Positions 31,427 to 41,902 of a stretch of DNA of 64,000 nt are shown here, piece after piece. A model generated the notes under the pieces. It was not told the DNA's origin. It did not search any database and worked only from the letters and a program-made list of their open reading frames with translations. The position numbers and the translations under genes were made by a program. Source of the DNA: an uncultured delta proteobacterium (lineage in GTDB: Bacteria; Desulfobacterota; Desulfomonilia; Desulfomonilales; Desulfomonilaceae); contig CAWBKB010000006.1 of the NCBI GenBank assembly GCA_963789265.1, positions 64,001-128,000 of the forward strand. The letters run 5' to 3'. Position 1 is the stretch's first letter, and every line of letters starts with the position of its first letter.

Positions 31427-32950
31427 ATGAAACTGGGTTTGTGTGAAAAATGTGGATCGCCTACTGATGCTTGCTACGAAATCCGTAATAACCGCGGTTA
31501 CCTTGTGAAATTTTGCCGAGATTGCGGCCGAACCGCGTCTCTCGTGACAAAGGACGCCCGTAAGTGGCGATGGAAACGAGAAATATCGGGGTATCAGGAA
31601 CCCGCTATGCCTGCTTGCTCAATGGATTGCGCGAACTGTGACCACCAAGTTTACACCAAGCCTTCAACCGTAGCAATTGATGTTACCAACCTCTGCAATC
31701 AACACTGCCCAATCTGTCTAGCTTATGTCGACGCGATGGGTTTTGCGTACCACCCTCCCATCGAGTACTTTGACAAGATATTTAAGCATTTCGTAAACAA
31801 CGATCCAAAACCCAATATCTGTTTCTTCGGCGGGGAACCCACCGTCCACAGGGATTTCCCGCAAATAATGCGGCTCGCGGCTCTTATGGTTTTCAGGTCC
31901 AGCTCTTCACCAACGGCATAAAGCTAGCGGATAAAGACTACTGCCGCGAGCTTTGCTCCATGGGGATACAGGTCAATTTCGGGTTCGACGGCACCAAGCC
32001 GGAAGTCTACCGAGCACTTAGAGGCGACAATTCTCTGCCGGTTAAGAAAAAAGCGTTTGAAAACGTCGTGGAATGCGGCGTGAACAAACTTGCCGTCATC
32101 TCGACAGTGGCCAACGGAATTAACGATCGGAATATGAAGGAACTACTTGATTTTATCCACGAATACAGGGAGCACGTCTCGGTTTGGGCTTTTGTGCCTC
32201 TGACCCCGTGCTGGGAAGGCTCGGACGTAGATTTGGAACCTACCACCACCGAATGCGTTGAGAACATATTCGAGACAATGGTCCCTGAAATCGAGTTTGT
32301 CTCCACAGGTATGATGAATTTCACTGTTCTGTCACGTTTTTTCGGAAGGCAGACCCTTGGAGGGTCTCATCCCAATTGCGAGAGCGCTACGTTGCTTGTG
32401 TCCGATGGAGATCAATACGTTCCGATATCCAGCTATCTTACCATGCCTCTTTCAGAACTCTTGGTTCGTCTGCGGGAATTGGATTCTCGTCTTGCCTCGA
32501 AAGGGGCTTTTCTGCAGGCAACCGGTTTGCGAAGGCGTCTATTCGAAGCCCGGGCCGTGATAGGCATGATGCGCGTTTTCAAGAAGGCTCTGGATTTCAA
32601 GAAGATATTTGGAAAACCGGCCCTGATCAACGCGGCAAAAGCAGTGGCTGACCTTATTCGAGGAAGAAAAATCGACCGAATACTAAAAGAGAGGACTTCT
32701 TTCAAGCATATTCTCACCCTTCTAACAATACCGTATGAAGACAAGGGAGGTTCTGGAAGACGCGCGCCTCAGGGATTGCCCCGCCGTATTCGCCTATGAG
32801 GATATTGACACGGGACGTATTCGTACAACCGCGTTTTGCTCATGGCAAACCGTGAAGGACGACGTTTGTCGCAAAATCCAAGCATATTATGACTCCCGGG
32901 CAGGTTATGAACTTGGCTTCAAACAGGTCAGCGCGCAAAAACGCGGATGA
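31427..32950 (+). CDS. Radical SAM protein with Cys-rich N-terminus, two frameshifts (~31880, ~32751)
   Basis: CNQHCPIC, GGEPT, TNG after frame correction, HPNC, C-terminal CP...FC. Confidence 0.88.
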
Positions 32951-32959
32951 ATCCAATCC

Positions 32960-34069
32960 TCAAGACTCTTCGATCAATTTCCTGAATCTATCAAACAAGT
33001 ACCGGGAATCGTGCGGCCCGGGTGAGGCTTCGGGATGGTACTGTATCGAAAACAGAGGATATTTCTTGTGGACAAATCCCTCAACCGTCCGATCGTTGAG
33101 GTTAACGTGAGTGATTGCGCATTCAGATCGTACTGATTCCGGATCTACCGCGAAATTATGGTTCTGGGATGTTATCTCGACGTGACCTGTTTCCAGCCTC
33201 CGGACCGGATGATTGGCGCCATGATGCCCGAAGGTGAGTTTAAAGGTCTTGCCGCCGAGAGCAAGTCCGAGTATTTGATGCCCTAAACAGATTCCAAAAA
33301 TAGGCTTCTTGCCGATGAGTTTCCGGACGTTCTCGATTGCATACGTGGCAACCTGCGGGTCACCAGGGCCATTCGACAGAAAGATTCCGTCGGGCTCGAA
33401 TTCCAGCACTTCATCCGCAGGTGTGTCCGCGGGGAACACCCTCACTTTTGCCCCCGCATCTACGAGCAGCCTCAAGATATTTTGCTTTATCCCGAAATCA
33501 TAAGCCGCGACCCGGAATTGCGGCTGCGGCCGTTCCGGCGAGGCATTCCACCGCCAGGTGGGTTCATCCCAGTCATAAGGCTCGGAGCAAGTTACCTCTT
33601 TGACGAGATCCAGGCCCTCGATGTCGGGAAAATCGCGCACCTTTTTCTCGAGGCTTTCGTGGCCGTGATCTTCCGTGGAAATTATCCCCTTCTTCGCGCC
33701 GGTCTCCCGGAGGTTTCGCGTCAGTCTTCGCGTGTCGATCCCATGGAGCCCCATTATTCCATGTTTCTTGAGGAAATCGCCCAAATCATCGTTTTTTCGC
33801 CAGTTACTCGGGTGAGGGCAAAACTCCTTGACGATGAAGCCCGCGAGGTAAGGTCGAACAGCTTCGTTGTCCTCAAAATTTACACCCGTATTTCCTATAT
33901 GAGGGTAAGTCATCGTGACTATTTGCCCTCGATAGGACGGATCCGTGAGTATCTCCTGATACCCGGTGATCGCCGTATTGAAGACGACCTCGCCGACCTT
34001 TTCACCCGTAGCACCGACAGACGATCCTCGGAAGATTGTGCCGTCGGCCAATACCAACGTTGCTTTCAT
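32960..34069 (-). CDS. carA: Carbamoyl-phosphate synthase small subunit
   Basis: GEVVFNT, SNGPGDP, GICLGHQ, QYHPEASPGP. Confidence 0.97.
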   Translation of the reverse strand: MKATLVLADGTIFRGSSVGATGEKVGEVVFNTAITGYQEILTDPSYRGQIVTMTYPHIGNTGVNFEDNEAVRPYLAGFIVKEFCPHPSNWRKNDDLGDFLKKHGIMGLHGIDTRRLTRNLRETGAKKGIISTEDHGHESLEKKVRDFPDIEGLDLVKEVTCSEPYDWDEPTWRWNASPERPQPQFRVAAYDFGIKQNILRLLVDAGAKVRVFPADTPADEVLEFEPDGIFLSNGPGDPQVATYAIENVRKLIGKKPIFGICLGHQILGLALGGKTFKLTFGHHGANHPVRRLETGHVEITSQNHNFAVDPESVRSECAITHVNLNDRTVEGFVHKKYPLFSIQYHPEASPGPHDSRYLFDRFRKLIEES

Positions 34070-35248
34070 AGGTTTTCCTTTGAGAATGCCTCGAGCCGTT
34101 CCATTGCCTCGTCGATGCGTTCATCCGGAGAAGTCATGGAAAGTCTGAAGAAATTCTCGCCGCTGGGTCCGTAACCGACGCCGGGAGTGACAATGAGGCC
34201 TTGCTTCTCAAGTAGGTCGGCGCAAAATGCCACTGAAGATGTGTAAGGCTCCGGAATGTGAACCCAGAAGTAGTAGCTCGCCCTGGGAAGCCGGAACCGG
34301 TAACCAAGACCCGCCAGTCCTGCGGCGATTCGGTCTCGGCGTTTCTTGAACAGCAATGTTCGCTCCTCACTGAAGCCCTGGGCATCCGGGTGCCCGAGCG
34401 CGCGTGCCGCAACTCTTTGAATGGCCATGAAGACGCCGGAATCAAAGTTTGACTTCAATGTGAGGAAAGCGTCGATCAGGTCTTTTCCGCCTACGACGAA
34501 TCCTATTCTCCAACCGGTCATATTGAAGGTCTTGGAAAAGGAGTGGATCTCTATGGCGATATCCCTGGCCCCTTTGACCTTCATTATACTTATCGGTCGA
34601 TCCTCTTCCTTAAAATATACCTCCGAATAGGCGTTGTCAGCCAGAATCACCAGATTATGTTTTCGTGCAAATGTTACGAGTCGCTCGAAAAAGCCTGTGT
34701 CGGCCACTGCCGCGGTCGGATTGTTAGGATAATTTACAAACATTATTTTAGCCCTGTCAGCGATGACCGGATCAATGCCGTCTAGTTGCGGAAGGAACCC
34801 TTTCTCTTCCACCAGCGGAACTCGAACCACCTTTCCCCCGGCGAAGCCAATGGCTGCCTCATATACCGGATATCCCGGATCGGTGACGATTCCAATGTCT
34901 CCGGGATCCAGGAAAACAAAAGGCAGGTGCGAAACCGCATCCTTGGCGCCAATCACCGCCATCACCTCGGTGCGAGGATCTAACTCGACATCGAAGCGCT
35001 TCCGGAAACCAACTCGTCACTTGCTCGCAGAAATCGGGCTCTCCTTTGTAGCTCGGGTAAACGTGATTACACGGATCGTGGATCTCTTCATTCATCAAAT
35101 TGAGAATGAAGTCAGGTGTCGGCCGGTCAGGGTCCCCTATGGCCAAAGAAACAACATCTATTCCTTTTTCCTGAGCAGCCTTCCGCTTTTCATCGATCAA
35201 ATGGAAGAGGTACGGGGGTGTTTCCGTTACCCTCCTGGATAATTTCAT
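34066..35248 (-). CDS. dapL: LL-diaminopimelate aminotransferase-like class I/II aminotransferase, one frameshift (~35007)
   Basis: PPYLF, IGDPD, NYPNNPT, DNAYSE, SFSKTFNMTGWRIG. Confidence 0.85.
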
Positions 35249-35623
35249 GTGATCCTCCAGCACGTGCAATAAAATAAAATAAGCTCCCCCGCGGTGGGAC
35301 ACTCTCGACCGCTTTTATGCCTCGGCGTTCTACAATGAGTCTGTTGTGTCGGAATCGGAGCTTCCGCAGGTGCGGAGCGGAATAGTTAATGTAACATTTT
35401 CGTGTGGAGGAATTCAACACCGTATGACCGGAAAATGGTCAAGGAGAATACAACCGATTCCGCATTTAGAGACGGGACCTCTAGGATAATTCTTTGCAGG
35501 CCGTGCAAACTATCAGGTTGGCCGCTGATCGTGGCCCAACCTTGCGCACCGGTTATTCCTTGACTTTGCCTCTCATTTGCTCTTATTTTCAAAAGAATTG
35601 TCTGCGGAGAAAAAATACATCAA

Positions 35624-36283
35624 GTGGTTGCCTTTCCTGAAACAATTCTGAATTGCCTTTGTCTGAACATGGTAAGTTTGTTCTTGTTCTCAGCTTTTAA
35701 GCCTGAGACAGACGAAGACAGGGAAATAGTAGAAAGGTGTGTTCGAGGCGACCGAGAGGCCTTCGACATTCTCGTTGAAAAATATTACAAGAAGATCTAC
35801 AACTTGGCCTATCGGTTTGTGGGCGACTCTGAGGAGGCCAACGACCTGGCGCAGGAGGTGTTCACTGCTGCGTATCAAAACCTGAAGAAATTTCGAGGAG
35901 ACGCCAAGTTTTCGACGTGGCTGTTTCAAATTGCTACCAACAGAGGCAAAAACAGGTTTAAGTACCTCAAAAGGAGAGGTTACTTTGCCAACAGAGGTCC
36001 AACGAACGGTGAGGAGGAAAGGGATTCTTTGCAGAGAGCGATTCCGGACCTAAGCACCAATCCGGAAACAATTCTCGCTGGTAAACAAATTCAAAAGATC
36101 GTTCAGGACGCAATTAATGACCTGGATCCGGATCACAAGGAAATAGTGATTCTAAGAGATATAGAGGGTTTTTCGTACGAAGAGATAGCGAGGATACTAA
36201 ATCTTCCGGAAGGAACGACCAAATCTCGCCTCCACAGAGCGCGGATGGTTGTAAAAGAAAAATTGAAGAAGGCGTTGTCATGA
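35624..36283 (+). CDS. ECF RNA polymerase sigma factor
   Basis: DLAQEVF, FSTWLFQIA, SYEEIA..GTTKSRLHRAR. Confidence 0.93.
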   Translation: MVAFPETILNCLCLNMVSLFLFSAFKPETDEDREIVERCVRGDREAFDILVEKYYKKIYNLAYRFVGDSEEANDLAQEVFTAAYQNLKKFRGDAKFSTWLFQIATNRGKNRFKYLKRRGYFANRGPTNGEEERDSLQRAIPDLSTNPETILAGKQIQKIVQDAINDLDPDHKEIVILRDIEGFSYEEIARILNLPEGTTKSRLHRARMVVKEKLKKALS

Positions 36284-37191
36284 GCGAATGTGAACGAATC
36301 AGCGGCCTATTCGGGGATCTTCACGAGGATCAAGTGGATGGTGAGACTGAGCGAATAGTGCGGATGCACCTTCACGGTTGTCCGGGTTGTCGAGAAGATT
36401 TCAAATGGTACGGACTGACCGTCCAGGCATTAACCAGCATGGAACGAGTCGCCCCCCCCGGAGATTTTACTGTCCGGCTCAATGCGAGACTTCGTGATGA
36501 CCCGCCTTCTTCTCTACTGGATTTTTTTCGAAATGTTCTTTGGTCCGTACCTTATGTTCCGCTCCCCGTGGGCGTCCCTGCGGTCGTGTTTATCGCTGTT
36601 GTCGGGTTTATCTTCTATAATTATGTGCCAACGGGAATGACGCCGTCCTTGGTATCGCACGCGTCCTTGTACGATTCAAGTCCCCAATCGGGCCGGCTCG
36701 TGCGAATGGCTCCCATCAACGCCGGTAAGACTGTGCCGGGCCGGATGCCGGGTAGCACGCTAGTGGCCGCGTCCGAAACCAATCCCTCCGCCCCCCCCAG
36801 CCACCTCCCGCTTTTAGCCAAGTCAATACCGAATTCGTTAGGCAGCAACATTGAAGCAGAGAGTCAGGGCTTCCCCACCATAGCCGATCGGATCGGAGCG
36901 GACAATCTTACGGTCGAAAGCGCCAGTGTTGATCAGGCAGTCGAGTCTTTGAAGCGTATATTGCCTAATATTCAAGGAAGATTGGTTGATCGGTTGAATC
37001 GTGGCCGTGTTGGAGAAGTTGTGGTGGGTGTCATGATTCCTTCAGACACGTACGGAAATCTTACCACCGAATTGATAAACCATGGCGCAGTGGCAGCCGG
37101 TATGGAGGGTTCGGATGTTGGGGCCCCGTCACCTGCGAAGAAAGAAGGCAACAACGTCCTACTTTATATCCGTTTTGTCCACACACGTTGA
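36280..37191 (+). CDS. Zinc-binding (HxxxCxxC) transmembrane anti-sigma factor
   Basis: HLHGCPGC, one TM segment, ATGA overlap with the sigma gene. Confidence 0.88.
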   Translation: MSECERISGLFGDLHEDQVDGETERIVRMHLHGCPGCREDFKWYGLTVQALTSMERVAPPGDFTVRLNARLRDDPPSSLLDFFRNVLWSVPYVPLPVGVPAVVFIAVVGFIFYNYVPTGMTPSLVSHASLYDSSPQSGRLVRMAPINAGKTVPGRMPGSTLVAASETNPSAPPSHLPLLAKSIPNSLGSNIEAESQGFPTIADRIGADNLTVESASVDQAVESLKRILPNIQGRLVDRLNRGRVGEVVVGVMIPSDTYGNLTTELINHGAVAAGMEGSDVGAPSPAKKEGNNVLLYIRFVHTR

Positions 37192-37345
37192 CCCACCCTG
37201 AGGAGCGCTTTTTAATTTATGCTGCCACCCCCCCATGCCCGGGGGAAGACGACATTCATCCCGCCAGAATCCAAACAACCGATTGCCGCCGCCATAGGCC
37301 CTTCTCGCGGGCCGTCCAAACCAGCAAAAGAAAGGATGGGGTCTA

Positions 37346-38419
37346 GTGAAACTGGGTATCATCGGATTGCCGGGAAGCGGGAAAAGCACGGTGTTCAAGG
37401 CATTGACCGGCGGAATTGAATCCGGCGAACACAGAGGCCACCAGGAGCCCGGCCTGGGGGGGGTGAAGGTCACTGATCCCCGTCTCGACTTCCTTGTGGA
37501 ATATCAGAAACCCAAAAAAATCACGCCTGTGCACGTAGATTACCTGGATATTGCGGGAATTACAGGCGAAGGAATACCCGGACGCTCCATAGGAGACAAA
37601 ACTCTGGCTTACATTCGTCCAGTGGATGCCATCCTTCACTGCATAAGGTTTTTTGATTCTCCTGTCCTGGGTCGGCCGGAACCTTTAAAGGACTATGTCT
37701 CGGTTGAAGAAGAGTTGATTCTCTCAGATCTGGCCATAGTCGAGAAGCGCATCGAACGCGTTGGTAAGGACGTTCAAAGAGGCCGCAAGGATCTCGCGCA
37801 TGAACTCGACCTTCTTCAGCAAGCCCATGAGCTACTTAATGACAGCAAGCCACTGCGCCTTTTTCCGTCGGCGGTTGAAGCGGAGGAACTCAGGGGGTTC
37901 TCATTTCTATCTGCAAAGCCGGAGCTTATCTTGATCAATGCAGGCGACAACAAAAGCCGAGAGGACATCGAGTCCACGTTGGAGCAAATCACGAATCGAG
38001 TGAAAGGCCAGCCAAGTGTGGCACTGGACTGGCTCTATGCCGATACTGAAGCGGAAATCGCCTCGCTCGGCGAGGAGGACGCGCGGGAGTTTCTCAGCGA
38101 CTTGGCGCTGGAAGAGGGGGCTAAGGAAAGAATAATAAGAACATCTTTTGCTCTCCTCAATCTTATCGTCTTCTTTACCGTAGGGGAACCCGAAGTCCGG
38201 GCGTGGCAACTTGTCAAGGGAAAGACAGCGGTCAAAGCCGCAGGAACCATTCACTCGGACATAGAAAGAGGTTTCATAAGGGCAGAGATAGTCTCATACG
38301 ACGACTTCAAGGAGGCAGGTTCGATGGTCGCGGCCCATAAAGCCGGTAAAGTGCGCCTCGAAGGAAAGGACTACGTAATGAAAGACGGAGATATAGCCCT
38401 ATTCCGTTTCAACGTGTGA
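37346..38419 (+). CDS. ychF: YchF-family ATPase/GTPase
   Basis: GLPGSGKST, DIAG, AAGTIHSDIERGFIRAE, EGKDY..DGD..FRFNV. Confidence 0.95.
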   Translation: MKLGIIGLPGSGKSTVFKALTGGIESGEHRGHQEPGLGGVKVTDPRLDFLVEYQKPKKITPVHVDYLDIAGITGEGIPGRSIGDKTLAYIRPVDAILHCIRFFDSPVLGRPEPLKDYVSVEEELILSDLAIVEKRIERVGKDVQRGRKDLAHELDLLQQAHELLNDSKPLRLFPSAVEAEELRGFSFLSAKPELILINAGDNKSREDIESTLEQITNRVKGQPSVALDWLYADTEAEIASLGEEDAREFLSDLALEEGAKERIIRTSFALLNLIVFFTVGEPEVRAWQLVKGKTAVKAAGTIHSDIERGFIRAEIVSYDDFKEAGSMVAAHKAGKVRLEGKDYVMKDGDIALFRFNV

Positions 38420-38449
38420 CAAGTGTTCGCACGGTCAATTGTTCCTTCT

Positions 38450-38593
38450 GTCAGATATTAGGTTTTCGCTGAAGGCTGGCTTCAAGGCTCGAAGGCGTGG
38501 GGTCGGCCTGTAGATGTGCTCGTAATGCCGGATGGCGCGCTGCTTGTATCAGACGACGAGGCGGGAGCGATTTATCGCATCAGTTATAAATGA
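38450..38593 (+). pseudogene. C-terminal remnant of a sorbosone/glucose dehydrogenase-like beta-propeller gene
   Basis: RY*VFAEGWLQGSKAWGRPVDVLVMPDGALLVSDDEAGAIYRISYK*. Confidence 0.8.
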
Positions 38594-38868
38594 GTACCAA
38601 TCAACCATTCTGTGTCCCCTTCCTTGCTAATCGTAAGCTATTGGTTTTCAGCAAAAAAGTGACATTAAACCTTTGGGGTGAGCTTTCCAGCCCGCCTTTT
38701 ACTTAACTTGACTAGCGGCAAGGAGTCCCGCGCCTCGCCGGACTGCCACAGGTCGGTGAATGCTTGGTGCTAATAGGTGTTTTTTATTGCTTTTTTCAGC
38801 CTCGTGATGTATGGTAAGTTATTCTAGCTGAATCAAGTCTTTGAAGTTGTAGAGTTGAACCTGTTGGA

Positions 38869-40180
38869 GTGACGAGGACGCCGCAGCGTATGAACACGAC
38901 CATCGAATCGCTAGGAGAGCCTCGAATAGACTCTCTCCTCAAACGGGCCGAGTGGGTGGAAGACAACGAACAGGTGCTCTTTGATCTCTCGCCCGATGGA
39001 ATCGTTCGGGAAATCGGGGAGGGTCGGACCCCGGTTTCGTTCATGAAGGCCGGAGCTCGTCGAAAAATCTTCTTTGATCCCAGCAAATTGAAATGTGCGA
39101 TGGTGACCTGTGGCGGACTTTGCCCCGGACTCAACGACGTTATCCGGTCGCTTGTGCTGACTTTGCACCACATCTACGGTGTCAAGAATGTGCTTGGCAT
39201 CAGGTACGGGTTACAGGGTTTTATCCCGCGGTACGGGCATCCGGTCATGGAACTCACGCCCGATGCGGTAGCAACTATCAGCGGGCAGGGTGGGACCATT
39301 CTCTCGTCGTCGAGAGGGCCTCAGCCCATCGATCAAATCGTGGACGCTCTCGAACGTATGAATGTAGGGATTCTTTTCGCCATCGGAGGAGACGGCACGT
39401 TTCGGGCCGTGTCGAAGATAGCGGATGAAATCCGCTCGCGAGGGGCCAAGATCAGCGTGATTGGAATCCCCAAGACCATTGACAATGACATCAACCTGCT
39501 TTCACGTTCCTTCGGATTCAATACGGCAGTGAGCATGGCTACCCGAGCTATTGCCGCGGCGCATGTGGAAGCCACCGGAGCGCCCAATGGTGTGGGACTG
39601 GTAAAATTGATGGGGCGTCATTCCGGTTTTATCGCTGCCAGCGCCGCTCTGGCAAAGCGCGACGCGAACTTTGTTTTGATACCCGAGTCTGATTTTGACT
39701 TGGAAGGCCCGCATGGTCTATTAGCAGAACTCGAGAGACGCCTGGAAGCCCGGAAGCACGCAGTCATAGTGGTGGCGGAAGGAGCCGGGCAAAAGTTTTT
39801 CAATATGGAAGGTACCGATGAGTCGGGAAATCAACGGCTCGGAGACATAGGTGCTTTTCTAAAAAATACAATCACCGAGCACTTTAAGGCTCGAGGGGTA
39901 GATCTGAATCTGAAGTATATAGATCCTAGCTATATGATCCGCTCCGTGGAAGCCACCGCCAATGATGCGATCTTCTGCGGCTTTCTAGGCCAGAACCGCG
40001 GTGCATGCGGGAATGGCGGGCAAAACCAATATGGTGGTTGGGACCTGGAACGACGAATTCGTCTACGTCCCGATAGATTTGGTGGTGGAGGGGCGTAGGC
40101 GTTTGGATCTGCGAGGAAAATTGTGGGCAAGTGTCCTGGAAGCAACCGGCCAACCTGCTCTGACGGATGAGAACGCTTGA
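38869..40180 (+). CDS. pfkA: ATP-dependent 6-phosphofructokinase, one +1 frameshift (~39997)
   Basis: CGGLCPGLN, GGDGT, PKTIDND, LMGRHSG, YIDPSYMIRS; corrected frame ends VLEATGQP..TGA 40178-40180. Confidence 0.93.
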
Positions 40181-40367
40181 GAGATTGTCGCTGGAGTGTC
40201 GACTGTTGGTTTAACCTTTTGGGATGGTCCGAAAGTGTCGTCTAGGAGAGCGTTGCAACGATATGGTGCTCCGGCGGCACCTGTTGTGGCACTTTTTCTG
40301 AGACGGGTGTCAGGACACTGGACTATTGCCGAAATATTATTTATGATTAAGCGAATGGAGGTATGAA

Positions 40368-40703
40368 ATGAGTGGGAAGTTCATCGTTGTTGTTGTCGGC
40401 CTGCTGTTGGTGCTGCTCATGGCGGCTTGGAGTCACGCCGGCCCGCTGTTCGTAGCAACTGCCAAGAATGCGAGGGGGGCCTTGTATCTAGGATTTGGCC
40501 CTACACCTGGGCATGCCTCGGAAATGGCCATAGTCAAGTGCTCTCAGGATTCGTTTGTACCGCCTAGTTGTAAGGTAGTATGTGTACGGATGGAGTGTCC
40601 TCCTCCCGTTTGCCTTCCTCCCATGCACAGGCCTATCCACAAGACCAGGATAAGCAAGGTCTGTCCGCCCCCAGGATATGGCTGGGGCCGGCCTATGCCT
40701 TGA
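40368..40703 (+). CDS. Small secreted protein with Cys/Pro-rich tail (N-domain possibly DUF4189-like)
   Basis: GGAGGT RBS, signal peptide ending SHA, six Cys. Confidence 0.8.
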   Translation: MSGKFIVVVVGLLLVLLMAAWSHAGPLFVATAKNARGALYLGFGPTPGHASEMAIVKCSQDSFVPPSCKVVCVRMECPPPVCLPPMHRPIHKTRISKVCPPPGYGWGRPMP

Positions 40704-40772
40704 CGAAAACAGCTATTTCTTTGATATTGCCCTTCGGACCCAATGGTTCGAGGGGCATTTTCAGGCACTACA

Positions 40773-41375
40773 ATGAAAAAGTTCCTGACTTATGCACTGG
40801 CGGCACTGGTGATCGCACTGGCGGTTTACGGGGGGATCACTCTGTTATCCGGCTTTCTGAATAAGTCCCCCGGACAGCTCGCGACGGAAATGGCTCAGCC
40901 TTTTGCCCACGCGACTGTCGACGCGGCCGGGGACAGGTTGACGCAAACTCTGAATAAGACTCCGGATGCTCAACTGGAGAAGAATTCCGAATGGATGGCG
41001 AGTAAACTTTACCCTATTGGTAAAGGCATAATCAAAGGCGGAGCTGAGTCGTTCCTCCAGGACCCGCAGCGGAGCGAGGTCCCCGACAAAATGTATCAGG
41101 CCGGCAAAGAGTTTTCCGAGACTATCCTCAAACCCTTCACTCGCGGAGTTTATGAAAGCAATCAGAAGAATCTTCAAGAAGCGGACAAGACGCTTCAGGC
41201 GCTCCGAAAATTCAGTGACACCAATAGCGACCTGATGAACGCGTTATCGCAAGGCTTAGATACATTGATTAAGAAATTTAAAGAGAATCCGCCACTCCGG
41301 CCCGAACTCCCGCCAATTCCTCCCGGGCCGACGCCCCCGCCTTCTCCCGGCGGTGCTGGTACGCTCGGACGCTAG
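40773..41375 (+). CDS. Membrane-anchored helical hypothetical protein with Pro-rich tail
   Basis: MKKFL plus N-terminal TM segment; long ORF. Confidence 0.75.
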   Translation: MKKFLTYALAALVIALAVYGGITLLSGFLNKSPGQLATEMAQPFAHATVDAAGDRLTQTLNKTPDAQLEKNSEWMASKLYPIGKGIIKGGAESFLQDPQRSEVPDKMYQAGKEFSETILKPFTRGVYESNQKNLQEADKTLQALRKFSDTNSDLMNALSQGLDTLIKKFKENPPLRPELPPIPPGPTPPPSPGGAGTLGR

Positions 41376-41567
41376 CTTTACTGCTCGAAAGAAACCTCGC
41401 AGGCCCCTCCGAGCATTCAAGATTTTTGGCTAAACCCCGACATCTGCTGGTGAACGCCCCGGCAGCAGCAGGCCCACGCGCTGTACTAAAGCGTCTGCCA
41501 AAAGTAAAGTCCGTTTGGCCGCCCGATGCCAAGAATGCTTAACATACTTCGCTGTGGACGTTTAGCC

Positions 41568-41695
41568 GTCATTCTCGCGTACGCGGGAATCCACTGTAGG
41601 GGCACCCCTCGTGGGTGCCCGGAAGAGGGCAGACACAAGATCTGCCCCTACAGACCTCGGATCGGAGTCCGGGGTGACCCCGCGGGACGCGGGGC
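41568..41695. repeat. Nested REP-like element
   Basis: GTCATTCTCGCG...CCGGGGTGAC (41568-41678) encloses a GTAGGGGCACCCC...GCCCCTAC pair (41596-41651). Confidence 0.8.
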
Positions 41696-41902
41696 AAATC
41701 GGTCAAAACTTTTGGCAAAGCCTATAATCATTCACGGACGCGGGACTCGCAATTGTAGATGATCTTTCTCTGCTCGTAAGTGATTGATCATGAGCTGCAT
41801 TCCTGTTTTCTTTACACCTTCCCGGGTTTAAGGTAGGATGCCCGGCAATGAAATCACCGTCGAACAATACACCTGCCGGGGAAAGGGGATAAAGCAAGAA
41901 AC

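Noticed and set aside
40287..40301. TGGCAC-N5-CTGA upstream of the small Cys/Pro protein
   Set aside because: The -12 element deviates from consensus; too weak to call
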